Source: Vitrella brassicaformis CCMP3155
Taxonomy: Eukaryota; Protista; Chromerida
Length of the DNA stretch: 64,000 nt
Assembly (NCBI GenBank): GCA_001179505.1
Contig: CDMY01000708.1
Span: forward strand, 124,001 to 188,000
Reading direction: 5' to 3'
In this document: one piece after another, positions 37,401-49,500 of the stretch
Layout of the letters: each line of letters starts with the position of its first letter
Position numbering within the stretch: position 1 is the first letter of the stretch
The notes under the pieces: generated by a model
Database searches by the model: none
The model's input: only the letters and a program-made list of their open reading frames with translations
What the model was told of the DNA's origin: nothing
Program-made: the position numbers and the translations under genes

Positions 37401-37835
37401 CAGCCGAGAGGCGGATGTGACGATGGCGGCGATCTTGGCGGGGATACTGAGGAGCTGACGGAGGAGGTCCTGTATGGCTGAGGTGGTGTACCCCCTGAGC
37501 GTGGCGAGGACGCTCTCGACCTCCTGGTACTTGCCGTGGGGGATGGGCAGCAGCTCACACAGCACCCAATACTGCGGGAACACCTCATCCGACAAAAGGG
37601 CGCAGGCCGTGCCTAGGCAGGAAACAAAAACAAAGGCAGAGACAGACAGACAGACAGACGAACGCACCTTTGATGCTTCCACATCCACTCGTCGTGCATG
37701 CCAATCCCATCTCTCTTTCTTTCTATGTCCCCTGTGTGTTCTGTGTCTGTTGTTTCGATCACCGAGTAGCGCCACCAGGCCGACGAACACGTCAAACAGC
37801 TCGCAGTTGGGCATCAACTCAAGCAGCATCGTCAT
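34492..37835 (-). CDS. SPT1: Serine palmitoyltransferase, apicomplexan/bacterial-like type (PLP class II alpha-oxoamine synthase) with an N-terminal hydrophobic extension
   Basis: Motifs: SSY|[66 protein letters not shown]|[27 protein letters not shown] (PLP Lys), RPRFRITA. Last exon [17 protein letters not shown] ends at 34492. SPT versus another AOS-family member rests on the N-terminal extension and overall pattern. Confidence 0.8.
35949..36248. other. Assembly gap (300 N) inside an SPT intron, flanked by (GA)n and poly-G
   Basis: Run of N bases. The flanking exons (VESIY / SMDGDIAH) are contiguous in the protein, so the gap is probably entirely intronic. Confidence 0.95.
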
Positions 37836-38108
37836 GATGAATGGTCACCAGGGGGCCCTGAGACCCCGGACAGCGTCCCGGAGGACGAAACAAACGCGAT
37901 TATGTGACAGCGACAGGCCGCGCTCTGAGTTCGTTCTACATAGCACGGCGAACAGGGGGAAAAGGCTGAACGAATCCTTCCAACTTTTTTGCGAGCTCAA
38001 AATCTCTCAGTGCTTGGGCCCTCCTCCTTCCCGCAAAGGAGGCATCTTACAGTCTTACTCCATCGTTGATCGATATCTGGCAGCGCATCTATCAGATCTG
38101 GCGTCAGC

Positions 38109-38976
38109 ATGCTCTCGCGTCTTCGCCGGAGGCCGCCAGGCGGAGTGGCAGCCGCGCATTCATCGGAGGCGCCAGCCGTGTCATGGTCAACGCAACGCAC
38201 CCCTACAAGGCACTTGTGCGGCCCGGCTGTGAGTCGAACTGCACCCGTGGGGCTGAGTTCTGTATATCACGGGAGACTGTTGTGGGTGGGTGGCGGAGGC
38301 GGGCGGTGGATCAGCACGACGGCACGCATGACGGAGATGCAACGGGCGGGGCAAGGCGTGGCTGCCGCATCCAGGTGACAGCTTGTCCGGCCGTGAATGG
38401 ATGGATAGAGATGGAATGGAGCGTCTGTGTGTTGTCATGTCCGTGTGTCTGTCTGTGTGTGTGTGACTGGTGTCAATCAGTGTGAGTCCCATAGCGGGCA
38501 TTGACGTGACCGGCGTGCCTGACGTGGCAGTGCCCGACCTGGAGGCCGAGCTGCCCATCGACTCACAGGCATACCTCCTGCTCGACAGATGCAGAGAACA
38601 GGTCTGCCCTACCAGCCAGACAACCTGTCAGAGACAATGCCGCTCTCTCTCTCTCTGTGCGTGTGTGTGTGTCCGTATTGTGCGTTGGATGGGCCGATCA
38701 TCAGGCTGAGTTGGCTGGTGTGGACCCCGGTGCGCCCTACGAGCCGCTGCTGGCCTTTGACATGATCCAGAGCTACATCTATCTCATCAAGGAGAGCGTC
38801 GGCTGCCCATGGTAGCTAGCCCACAGACAATACGTACGCAGACAATGGTAGGTCCATTCTTGGTGTGTGTCACACAGGTGGATGGCCATCGTCGGCTCGA
38901 CCGTGCTGCTGCGCCTGCTGCTGCTTCCCATCCATCTCGCTGTGGTCGGACACCACACGGCCGGCACATCCACCTG

Positions 38977-39022
<46 letters not shown>

Positions 39023-41016
39023 GGTATCATGTGTGTGTGTGTGTGTGTGCGTATGGTCCATCCATCCACCAGTTGCGGGACCAGCGTCGAAAGGCCCTGT
39101 TCGGTCCGAAGCTGCGTATGCTGGAGAAGGCCGCCCAGGACCCTGACCTGGATGACGACGTACGCAGGCACACCAACAGACAGACAGACAGACAGACGTC
39201 TGCGTTCGTTCGTTCGTTGGCTGATGTCTGTCTGTCTGCCTGTCTGTCTGTGTGCACTGATCTGATCGCATCGCATCGCATTGATTGCATTTGTTTGCAG
39301 GAGTCAGGACGGAAGCAGAAAGTGCAAAAGAAACTCATGGTGAGTAGTAGACAAACAGGTCGGTCGATGGCTGACTGCGTTGCCTGCCTGCCTGCCTGCC
39401 TGCCTGCCCTGCATATAGGATTTCCGTCAGAAGCACAAGCTGTCGATCATCCCCACTCGGTTCCTGTCCTCCCTCGCGGTGCAGTTCCCCCTCTTCTACT
39501 GCTTCTACCAAACCATGAGGTACGTAGGTGGGTGGGCTGCTGGGGGGCGGGGCGTGGCGTGGCCCACCGCACAACACAACACAACACCACACACCCTTTT
39601 GGAGCCACATGCCGTCCGTCCGTGTGGTGTGTGCATCAGGGGGTTCGCAATGCACCCAGACTCATTTCGGAGCTTTGCAATGGGTGGGCGGGGCGGGGCG
39701 TGCACACAACACACAGACAGACAGACTGCCGCGTATTCCTCACTGCACCGCTGCTGCTTGGTTGTGTTGTTGGTCTGTCTGTCTGTCTGTGTGTGTGTGT
39801 GTGTCAGAGAATCCGTTTTGGCTGGACAGCCTGTCTCTGTCCGACCCTTATGGGTTCATGCCTCTGCTGCTGGTGGCCACGATGCTCACCAACACGGAGC
39901 TCAACAACGCTTCCGAGAAACAGATGGCCAACCAGATGATAGACGACGCCGATCCCACCTCTCAGAAACGTATGTATGGCGTTCGTTCAGTTGCGATCCT
40001 CTCTGCATTGTCTGTCTGTCTGTGCGGTGTGATGGGTCTGTCGCGTCGATGGGCTGTCTTGCTGGCTGATTTGGTTCATTCTTTCAGTGACGGATCGCAT
40101 CAACTGGATGACGTGGATTCTGCGGGGCGGCCAGCTGGTCTTCCTGTGGTTCATGTGGAACAAACCGGCGGTAGGTGTGTGTGTGTGTGTGTGTGGACGC
40201 ATCGCATGGAGCACTATCTCTCTCGGCCTTTGTGTGTGTCTGTTTGTTGCTGTCTGTGTATGTGTTTGTCATCCATCCCCCCTGTCATCCATCCATCAGG
40301 GATTGTTCTTCTACTCGTTGACCAACTCCACCTGCAGTCTCCTCCTCTCCGTCTCGGCACGACATCCCTTCTTCGAAGAACTCTTCAGTGAGCAAGAGAC
40401 AGACCTACACAGCACACCACAGCACAGCACACCCATTGACTGACACACCCTCCCTCCCCCGGGGCATGGCATGTTGGTTTGTGTCTTGGATCCATTAGAC
40501 CTGCCCCCCCTGAAGGCCCGCCTGCGTGCCGAGAGAGACCAGATCAAGCAAATGGTCGACCCCTTCAAAGCCCAATACATGGACGAGCTGCTCGAGGCAT
40601 CCTCGTCGCATAAGGATAGCGGAGCAGCAGACAAGAAGACGCCATCGCTGCCGCTCAACGGCTCAGCCAAGGGCGGCAGCGGCCAGGCCGTCTTGCAGGG
40701 GGGCTCAGGCAACATCCGAGCCCTCCCTCTGTCGGTGGCGGCAGCAGCGGCGAGCAAAGGCGGGTTCGTATACGACGGTGGGTGGGGCGAGAGGGAGGGT
40801 GAGGGCGTCGGGGGGCTCACCAGCGGCACTGTGACAGCCACCAGACAAAGGGGGACGCCTGTGGTCACCAAGACACACACCGACAACGGCAGTGGCAGTG
40901 GCCAGGTCGCCCGGCGGTACTCGTACGTCACCAAAGGCACCACAGGTAGCGGCGGCACCACGAGTGAGGGAGAGGAGAAGGGCTATGCGATGAAGAGAAG
41001 AAAGATCAAGGTGTAA
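38109..41016 (+). CDS. OXA1: Mitochondrial Oxa1/YidC-family membrane insertase, multi-exon
   Basis: Arg/Ser/Thr-rich presequence MLSRLRRRPP..RWISTTARM. Core motifs: GCPW|WMAIVGSTVLLRLLLLPIHL, ALFGPKLRML, LAVQFPLFYCFYQTMR, FWLDSLSLSDPYGFMPLLLVATMLTNTEL, GLFFYSLTNSTCSL. Basic C-tail MKRRKIKV, TAA at 41016. Confidence 0.85.
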
Positions 41017-41291
41017 AAACAGGTAGGGAGGGAGGGAGCGATGGCAGGGGGATGGTGGCCTGTGGAGGCGTGCATGTGAGAGCGTGCCGCATGGGAGGGA
41101 GGGTGTGCACTCGCTGATTTTCCTAGTCAAGTCGCCAGCCAAACAGCATGATTCGATTCATGTGCACACACACAACACACGGCTCTGTCACATCTCAATT
41201 TTGGTTTCAACTGGAGGGAGGGAGGGAGCTGCACACATGAATCTTTTATTAAGAGAGAAGGATTTCGGCGCAAGGACCGATTCAATCATCG

Positions 41292-42418
41292 TCACACATG
41301 CACAGTCCTCCCGTCATTGCACGCACCGTGACCATCGTCACCATCGTCAGCTGTCCCCCCCGCCCGCCACACCCGAATCACCCGCATGACCGTCCCCTCC
41401 CTCGCGTAAAGACTATCCACACCAAACACCTCATCGTCAAACCCAACAACCTCCCACCGCAGCCCACTCGCAGCAAATGCCCGCCACAGCGCACTGTCCG
41501 TCTTGTCGCTGCGTCGCTGATGGGCCAGCCACAGCTCGGTGTCTGGGTGGCCGAACCGATCCATTAGGGCCGCGACCGCACTGGCGAATGGCTGCACGAG
41601 AGGCTCCACCCACACCACGTCAGCACCGAGGAGCAAGTCGACACCACCGGACCATTCAGGCTGTGTTGCCAGGATGCGGGCAGCGTCACTCTCCAGTGGG
41701 TCACGCCAGTCGAGAGAAGAGACACTAACGTTGACATGGGCTGCTTCTGCTTCTGCTTGCTGGCCCAGCCATCTGTCCATCGTCGCATCTCGGTTGCGTG
41801 TGAGTGTCGATAAGCAGTAGGGCAGGTCCGTCAGCAGCACTTGAGAGGCCCCGAGAGCAGCAGCGGCCAACCCAGTAAGACCCAAACCAGCACCGAACTC
41901 CAGGACAGTCGCCCCTTTGACACGGGATGCCATCCTCAGCTCTAGGAACTTTGCGAGCACAACCGCGCCGTCCCAGATTGTGCGACCTGCACACATGGAG
42001 GCACCGCACATCGCACAGAGAGGCAGAGTTGATTAAGACTGATACTGATGCTCTGCAGGCATGTGTCTGCCAGCCTACCTGTGTCGCCGTGTTCCTGTTG
42101 ATCCGGCCGCCTCTCGTCTTCCTCGCGCGTCGGACGGATAACCAGCGGCAGGCCGTTCACCGCAAAGGCACCGCTGGCGAAGTCATAGTCGAATGCCCGC
42201 CAGGGAAGGGCCAGCTGAGGCTGTCGAGCGGTACTGGCTCCAGCATCATCTGCTTGACTTGCTGAGGGCACTGGCGTCCATCTGCCCGTCGCTGCGTCGA
42301 CAGCAAAGGCCGTCCCGTCCTTGGCTTTGTAGTGGCGCTTGCTGCAGCGGGTCATGCGCAACACAAGAGATAAAGCCAGGAACAGGGCTGCACGTGCCAG
42401 GCGCCTTCTCGGGCGCAT
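41292..42418 (-). CDS. METTL21/Methyltransf_16-family seven-beta-strand protein-lysine methyltransferase with an N-terminal hydrophobic leader, 2 exons
   Basis: GDTG|RTIWDGAVVLAKFLE, VLEFGAGLGLTGLAAAALGA..LLTDL, LDW, DLLLGADVVW. N-terminus MRPRRRLARAALFLALSLVLR. Confidence 0.85.
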
Positions 42419-42651
42419 TTCCTCTCTCCCCGCCTGCGAGCTGAAGCTGTAGCTAAGCTCGCAGACGGCCCAAACCGTTCCGAGTCCACCAGCCCTCACC
42501 AAACACCCCTGCAGGGTCCTGCACCAAGACTATTTGTGTCGCAGATCTGATATTTGGTTGTCGGCGTCTTGATGATCCAACAACGGCCCTCGACCACCCG
42601 AACGGCTTCCTTCTCTGAGCTGATCTATCTATCGTGACTGAGAAGTGAGTG

Positions 42652-42990
42652 ATGGCGGCCCGCAACCCTGGCCCTCGTCTGAACCAGGTGCCGGTGGGCT
42701 TCCCCTCGTTCCACCGCAAGAACCTCGTGGACAGCTACGCGCGCAAGGCCCTGTTCCAGTCGGAGGTCAACACTCGAGTGTACAAGAACGTGTTTGCCAA
42801 CCTGGGCTACCAGGGGCCCATCGACATCAACCACATCATCGGCAAGAACCGGGTCCGCATGCGGTGCATCGACGGCGGGAGGGCGCGGGGCGTCTTCCGG
42901 TGGACACGGATGTGGCGGATGCAGTTCAGGCAGGCAGAGAGGGAGGGGTGGCTGAGGCCTTACGGACTGTCAAGGAGATTCTGGAGATAG
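42652..42990 (+). CDS. MRPS14: Mitochondrial ribosomal protein uS14 (divergent, alveolate type), single exon
   Basis: C-terminal RVRMRCIDGGRARGVFRWTRMWRMQFRQAEREGWL..W matches the uS14 pattern R.RC..TGR.RGV....SR..FR..A..G.L. Confidence 0.75.
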   Translation: MAARNPGPRLNQVPVGFPSFHRKNLVDSYARKALFQSEVNTRVYKNVFANLGYQGPIDINHIIGKNRVRMRCIDGGRARGVFRWTRMWRMQFRQAEREGWLRPYGLSRRFWR

Positions 42991-43543
42991 TAATGAATGA
43001 ATGAACAGAGAGATCAGCGACGTGAAGGTGTCCTGTGCAGCGAGTGGGTCGGGTTCGTGAGCTGACTGACAGTGGTGAACCAGTCAGCCGATCAAGTGGG
43101 TGTGCAGACAAGACAGCTGTGTACGTGTTTTGTCCCACTCAATTGGTGGGGGCATGGCATGGCCGGACTGACTGATTAATATAGTTTGAGTACTTGCCTG
43201 CCTGCGATGTGTTTAATGACTGAAAGAGGCGATGAGACAAGACACACTGTGGCTCAGCTGTGATTGAAGGAATGTCTTACACGCAACAAGCACCACCACC
43301 CCATATGCAGTGCACAAAACCGACCCAAATGAATGCACTCCATGGTGTGCACAAGTCAGTCAAGTCCACAAGGGATACTGAGGTGTGTGCCTGAGGCACA
43401 CTCCTTCACTCAGCCAGGCAGCCAGCCGCGGCAGAGAACAGGGACGGAGGGAGGGCAGAAGAAGCAAGCACCTAGCTACTCGACGACACACAGCCACACA
43501 AGGCCAGCAATGGAGAAACCCACACACTCCATTGACTAACTGA

Positions 43544-46500
43544 TCAGCTCGTATGAGCGAGAAAGTCCGCGAGTTGCGTCTTGGACGGCAAGATGACGTC
43601 CGAGAATTTGCCCGCCGAGCAGACAGAGTACAGTTCCTTGCCCCTTGGGTCAGGCTGGCCGTTCTTGGCGTGATTGCCTATATCGAACACCACCCATGTG
43701 CCCTCCCCATAGTACCTCTCCCGGCAGTAGGGCCCCAGGCTGCGCGCCCCGCTGTGCACGTCCAGCCTCTTCCAGCAGTTGGTCGGGTCGCAGCAGCCCG
43801 GCCCCCACACCCTGTAGCGAGAGTCCTTGGCGCCGTCCATTCCGTAATAGTCCTTCTTGATTTGCCGCCACATGGGGCTGTTGAGTGGCCCGTTGTACAC
43901 CCGGGCCGTCTTGAGCTCTTGCGGCCGATAGAGCAGGCCGAATGGCCGCCCCCTGCCGTAGTCGAATGAGGCCAGGGGCAGGTTACACGGCGGCTGCTGT
44001 GTATGCAGGAAACAGAGCTTCTCCATGTCCCTTATAACAGTCTGGCAGCAGTATCGACCTCCAGGTCGGCGATTGCAGCCCGGTCCGCCGCACGTGCCGC
44101 AGCTCTTGGGGCAGCAGGTGTTCCAGGACGGCGCCAGCACGCCGCCGATCTTGGCGCACAACTCACGACATTGCTTTTGGCGAGCGCTGTTGCGGCGGCA
44201 GTCGGCAGGCACGCGGTTGCCGGAGCTTGCCTTGATGGTCACTCCGGGGAATCCCGGCTGCCCTATACCAATAAAGCTCTGGTTGTTGTGGTGCTGGCCG
44301 TGGTGGTGCTTGTGGCCATGCTGGTGGGCTGTCATGTTGGTGGGGTCGTTGGCAGAGGTGGGCGACGCGTCTTCCAGGAAGGCAGGAGGACGCTCGTCGT
44401 CTTCAAATTCGTCTTGGTCTTCGTGTTGTGGGAGGTATAGCGCCGCGCCATTGAGGCCCTCTGCGTCCGGCAACATGTGCTGCTCAGCCTCTCCCATCTA
44501 AAGGAAGCTCGACTCGCCCCCGCTGATGACTTTGTGCACCATGGTGCCGATCCTGCCGACGTCATAAGCACCCTTACAGCCCTCTGGCGAGTGACAAAAA
44601 GAGAACAGCCAGCCAGCCACCCACCGCAAAATCACAAAGAAGAGGAGACATGGACCTTTTGCTCACTTTTTCATCGGAAGGGCGGGTCGGTCCACCGTCC
44701 GTTGACACACTCGAGCAGCCCCGCCATGTGTGTGGGGATGTCGGTCCGCAAGGGCGTGGCCGTGTCGATCATGTCGTTGAACACCGGCGCGTACCCCCGC
44801 CGCTCGTTGCATATCACCAGGTGGGAGTCGCCAGGCTGAACACACACACACACACGGACGCGCGCGCACACACACAGAGCAGCTGTGGCCGTGTCTCGCT
44901 CTCCATCTGCTCATGGCCCGCCGACCTTTCTCATGAAGAGCGGAAATGTCTCAGGCTTCTCGGGGTTTGACTTGCCGACGAGCTTTTCGGTGGCCTCGTC
45001 GGGTTGTGAGAATGACCGGAGGATTCTGTATGCAGACTCGGCGGAGAGCATGTCTCGGCAGAGTCCCGCCACACAGTCGGTGAGGGCCTTGCCGGTCTTC
45101 CCGATGCAATGCCCAAGCTCCTTCTGCTCGTTGCGGCCCAGACTCATGTAGAAATCCTCACAAAGCTCACGCATCTTGTGCGTTATGGTCGGGCACATTT
45201 CTGAGAGAGAATGGAATAAGGCCATCCATCCGTGTGGCTGCTGAATCCTTCTACCAGAATCCAATTACTTTGGCAGTCGAGTGTCATGGTATCGAATTCG
45301 CCGTCTCGGCACTGAAGCACCTCATATTTCTCGCTCGTCGTGTTGAGGTCGAGTGCCAGCACGCCGCCATAAAGCACATCCTGCTGGCTCCAGTAGCCAG
45401 CGCGGTGGTTCTTCTTGACGCCGTCCTTGTGCCTGCATGGCACAGCCACAGCTGTGGCACACCCGCCTCGCTGGCTGCCCTGCTGCTGATATGTGTAGGT
45501 GCTCCCAGAACAAAAAGACCTACCTCTTGGGGTTGCATTGCACTTTCCGTCTGGTGCCGTGGTCGACGGTCTTGTGTTTGCCGTATGGCGGGTCGAGTTC
45601 CGTCTGATAGGGGAACACCTGATACTTTTCTGGCTCGGGATTGGTCCACTCGGGACACTTCCCTGCATGACAAGAGAGAGGAAACAACATACATGTGAGA
45701 TCTCATGTGGGCCATGCACGTCCGATTTTCGGGTGTGCAGCTGACTGCAGCAGTAGAGGTCTCTGTCGGTCCACTCGCCGTCGTTGCACTCGAGCACGTC
45801 GATTGGGCCGTGTGTTCGCAGCTGCTCCTCGTCCCCGACGTCTCCCTCCCACTTATCGGAGGTCTTGTCGCCAGGCGTCTGCTTGATCTCGGCCGAGTGT
45901 GACTCTGTCATGCACGCGATCTGGCGGACGGACTGGTGGTACATGACTTCCTTGTCGTTGGTCCCCTCCTCGCCCACCAACTTATACCCGTTCTCGGCCG
46001 TCATGTCGAACGTCTCCTCGGGTGTGCGCAGGCACGCCCCTGCACGTTGCCAGCCAGCCACACACACGTGGATTGTGTGTGCCTCCTTCTTTGGCTCATG
46101 TATGGCTCACGTTTGCAGTTCAGTGGGAGTGAGACTGCGAGCGAAGGGTCTGGCCGTGTGTACTTTCCGTTGAAGCAGGTGAGGTCGAAGAATGCGGCAG
46201 GGTCTTTGTTGTGGTAGTAGTGCTCATCCGTGTTGCACACCTGACGAACCAGCGTGGCGTGGATGACCTGATCGTTGTTTGCACCAGCTCGAACTGCATG
46301 AGGACCCATCGACCGACCGAACAACACGACATACGCACGACAGATGAATGCTGTCTAGTCAGCACCGGGCATTCATGTCGCGTACCGACGCTCTCGTACG
46401 TCCATTTGATCCTCTTCTCATCCACGGGGATCAGCGAACCAAACTCGGGACAGTTCTCTGCCCAAAACAATCACGAGACACGGCGGACACACACATTTGC

Positions 46501-49500
46501 TGACCCTCTCTCGGTGTCTCCTCCATCTATCTCACTGTAGCAGATGATTCGGTTGGCGGTCCAGCGTCCGTCGTGGCAGTGGATTGTCGCCGACTCCGCC
46601 GTGCCCTGGATGCCCGGCGAGTACCCTTCTGCACACTCGATGTGCCGAATCGCACCGGGGGCCGTCACCCGTCACAACATACGCCTCGGGCGGAGACACA
46701 GGCAACGGATTGCCGCAATTGGCTACCAGCCGTAGAACGAGAAACACCGCCTCACGCCATTCGTGCTGTTTGTCGCCTGTTCTGGTTGTTCGTACCTTTG
46801 CAGTCGAGTGTGACCTGTGACCAGACGCCGTCTTCGCAGATGAGTTCCTGCACGCCGGGTGTCGACTGGGTACCCAAGCTGCTGCCCTCCGTGACGATGG
46901 CGCTGCCGGCTGCAGGGGCATAGCCGTCCTTGCACTCCAGCTTGACAGGGACGTCCGGCGGCGTCGTGGTGCCTGGCTCAAGGCCGTTATGCATCGTGGC
47001 CACATAGCGCTCAGACGACACCGGCAGCTCCCCACACTCAGCCTTGCAGATGAGGTTGAGTGCGGTCATCTTGCCGCCTGCGCAGTAGATAATGGTGGGC
47101 GATCTGGTCTTCTGGATGGGGAGGGTGGGCACTCCCTTCTTGCTTTTGCCGCACATGACACTCACGCAGCCTCCACTGGGCAGCATGTTGCCGTCAGCCA
47201 CCACGGGATCCATCAGCGTCTCCACAAGATAGCCGTCGGAGTCCTCTATGTGACTCCGCAATGGCTTCAGATCACACTTCTCTGTGTGGAAGGGTGGGTG
47301 GACAAACAAGGAAACAAGGCAGTCAGGCGTTGAGACATGCAAGTACTTGAGGCGTACTTGGGCAGAACAGGGTGGTCGGAGTGAAGGTGCCGTTGGTGCA
47401 TGTGACCACATCGATCGCCTTCTTGGCCATGGAGGAGGATGCGGCACCACTCTCGGTCTTATTCTGCATGCCCTTCTTCTTCTCTGCTTTTTCTCTTCCT
47501 TCCTCCTCCTCCATCTCGGCAGCGATCTCAGCCTCCTGCGGCACACCCTGCACCTTGCCCTCGAACTCCACCCCGTCCACCAGCTTGCACGTGTGCACCG
47601 GGGAGGCGTCGGTATCACATGACATTGACATGACGCTCCCGTGGTCGAATGACTCGGGCATCAACGCGTCCCAGAAGTCGCCTGGAGGCGCCAGAGCCTC
47701 AGAGGCAGACAGGTTGCCCTGAGCTGCCCACGCGTTGGCCGGCATGATCTCGAGAAAATCTGTCTTGGAGCACTCCTCTACACAGTACAAATGACACAGA
47801 GACAGACAGCTGTCTCACATCCATCAGTCGCTTACTTGCGCACAGGAGTGTGATTGCCGACCACTCTCCATCGACGCACTTGATCTGGCCGAACTCCTCC
47901 CCCGCGCCCTCCCCCTCCAGCCCGGCCACAGCGTGCCAGTTCTCACCTGGCGTGTCGGAGGTGCGGCACTTGAGGCTCACCTGCGTGCCGTGCGATGGCT
48001 GTGGCTGTTTGGGGTCACTGCCCTTGACGTGCCGCATGTCCTTCTCGGGCTCCTTCAGCTCGTATTGGAAAGGGATGTAGGCCGTGCCGGGCTCCCCAGG
48101 GTCCGTCTCGCTCGCCGCAAGATGCAGGAACGGGCATTCCTCTGGACAATAAGACAGACAGACAGACAGAAGGACGGACAGACAGACAGACAGACGGCCC
48201 AAGAAGCAAGCGGGAGTAAGGTCGGTGTATGTATGTTCTTGGCGTATCTCATTACTCACTTCTGCAGACAAGTGGCAGGAAAGTCCATTGGCCGTCGATG
48301 CACGTGATCTGGGCTTCCGGGTCCATTCCCTTGTACGGCCGGTAGCCGGCCGACTGCCAGCACTGCACATTGCGGATGGTGCCGTCAGGGATCAAGGGGC
48401 CAGAATCGTGCGACGCGAGTTCGTAGTTGGAGCGGAAGCCGCCCGCCTCTGTGACGACGTGGGGCGGCGGCGGTGTTTCCTCATACCCTTCTGCCTGAAT
48501 GAGGCAGGGCGGCGCTTTCGTGTCCACGCCACATATCTTGGCAGCTTTGGTGACACTCCCCACACAGCAGTTGGCGTTTCCGCCCGGTCGGCGAGAGCAG
48601 CCCGATCCGCCGCACTTGCCGCACCTCTCCGGGCAGCAGGCGTTGGGCCAGTTGGCGAAGGGAGACAGGATGCCGCCGATCTCCCGGCACGCCTCCTCGC
48701 AGTCCTGCTGACGATGGCCGCTGCGCTGACAGTCGGCCGGGAGAATCTCCTCGTGACCCTCGGGTTTCGTTGTCGTCCTGGGCTCCTCGTCACTCTTTCC
48801 TCCGGCGGGGGAGGGGGCCTCGTCGGCGCCCTCTTTTTCGTTTGCCTGTAGCTCGGCCAGCCTCTCTCCCAGCTTTTCTTCCTCCGCGTCTCCTGCAGCC
48901 GGATCGGCTTGCAGGAAGGACATCGGGGGAGGGCTGGCTGCCGTTTGGTTAGCCACCTCGTGTACCCCTGCATACGCGGTCAAGTTAGCCAGGGCGCGGC
49001 GCACCCGTCGTTGTTTCACTTACGTGTGCAGACGGAGGGCTGGTCGACGCCGTGAGGGTTTGTGCAGACCCAACCCGGCTCTACTTTGCACTCGACTGAG
49101 CAGCCATCGCCCGTGCTGTTGTTGTAGTCGTCACACTCCTCAAAAGCAACGGGTGCAAGATAGCCGTCACCGCACGGACCTGCACACATCAATCATCACG
49201 ACCGTCAACCGCAGACCGATGTTGGTCGTCCTAGTCACTGACCGTATACTTCCACTTCGCATACATCGAGACGGCCGTCGTTCATCTCATTGCCCGTCTG
49301 CCCCTTGCCGCCCACCAGGAATACATACTGGCCCTGCAGCGCGCACTGCACGTCATACCATCGCGGCGCATCGCTGCTGTTAGACATCGGATTGGGAAGC
49401 GACCCACACAGCTGGTTCTCCCGCCATGTTGGAGAGAAGCCCACGCGCACCTGGACGCCCCAAAGTCTGCACAAACACAACAAGTGATTGCCAAAGAAAG

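Noticed and set aside
38108-38111. Overlapping opposite-strand ATGs in CATG (Oxa1 start and a minus-strand MLTPDLIDAL ORF as a possible SPT first exon)
   Set aside because: CATG is a common palindrome. An in-frame TGA lies just upstream of the SPT ATG at 37835, and I found no convincing acceptor linking the upstream ORF.
44498-44502. TTTAG before ATG 44497 as a splice acceptor that removes the TAG
   Set aside because: With the upstream phase-1 donor (44666) it gives the wrong frame and an early stop, and it does not remove the TGA at 44671-44673.
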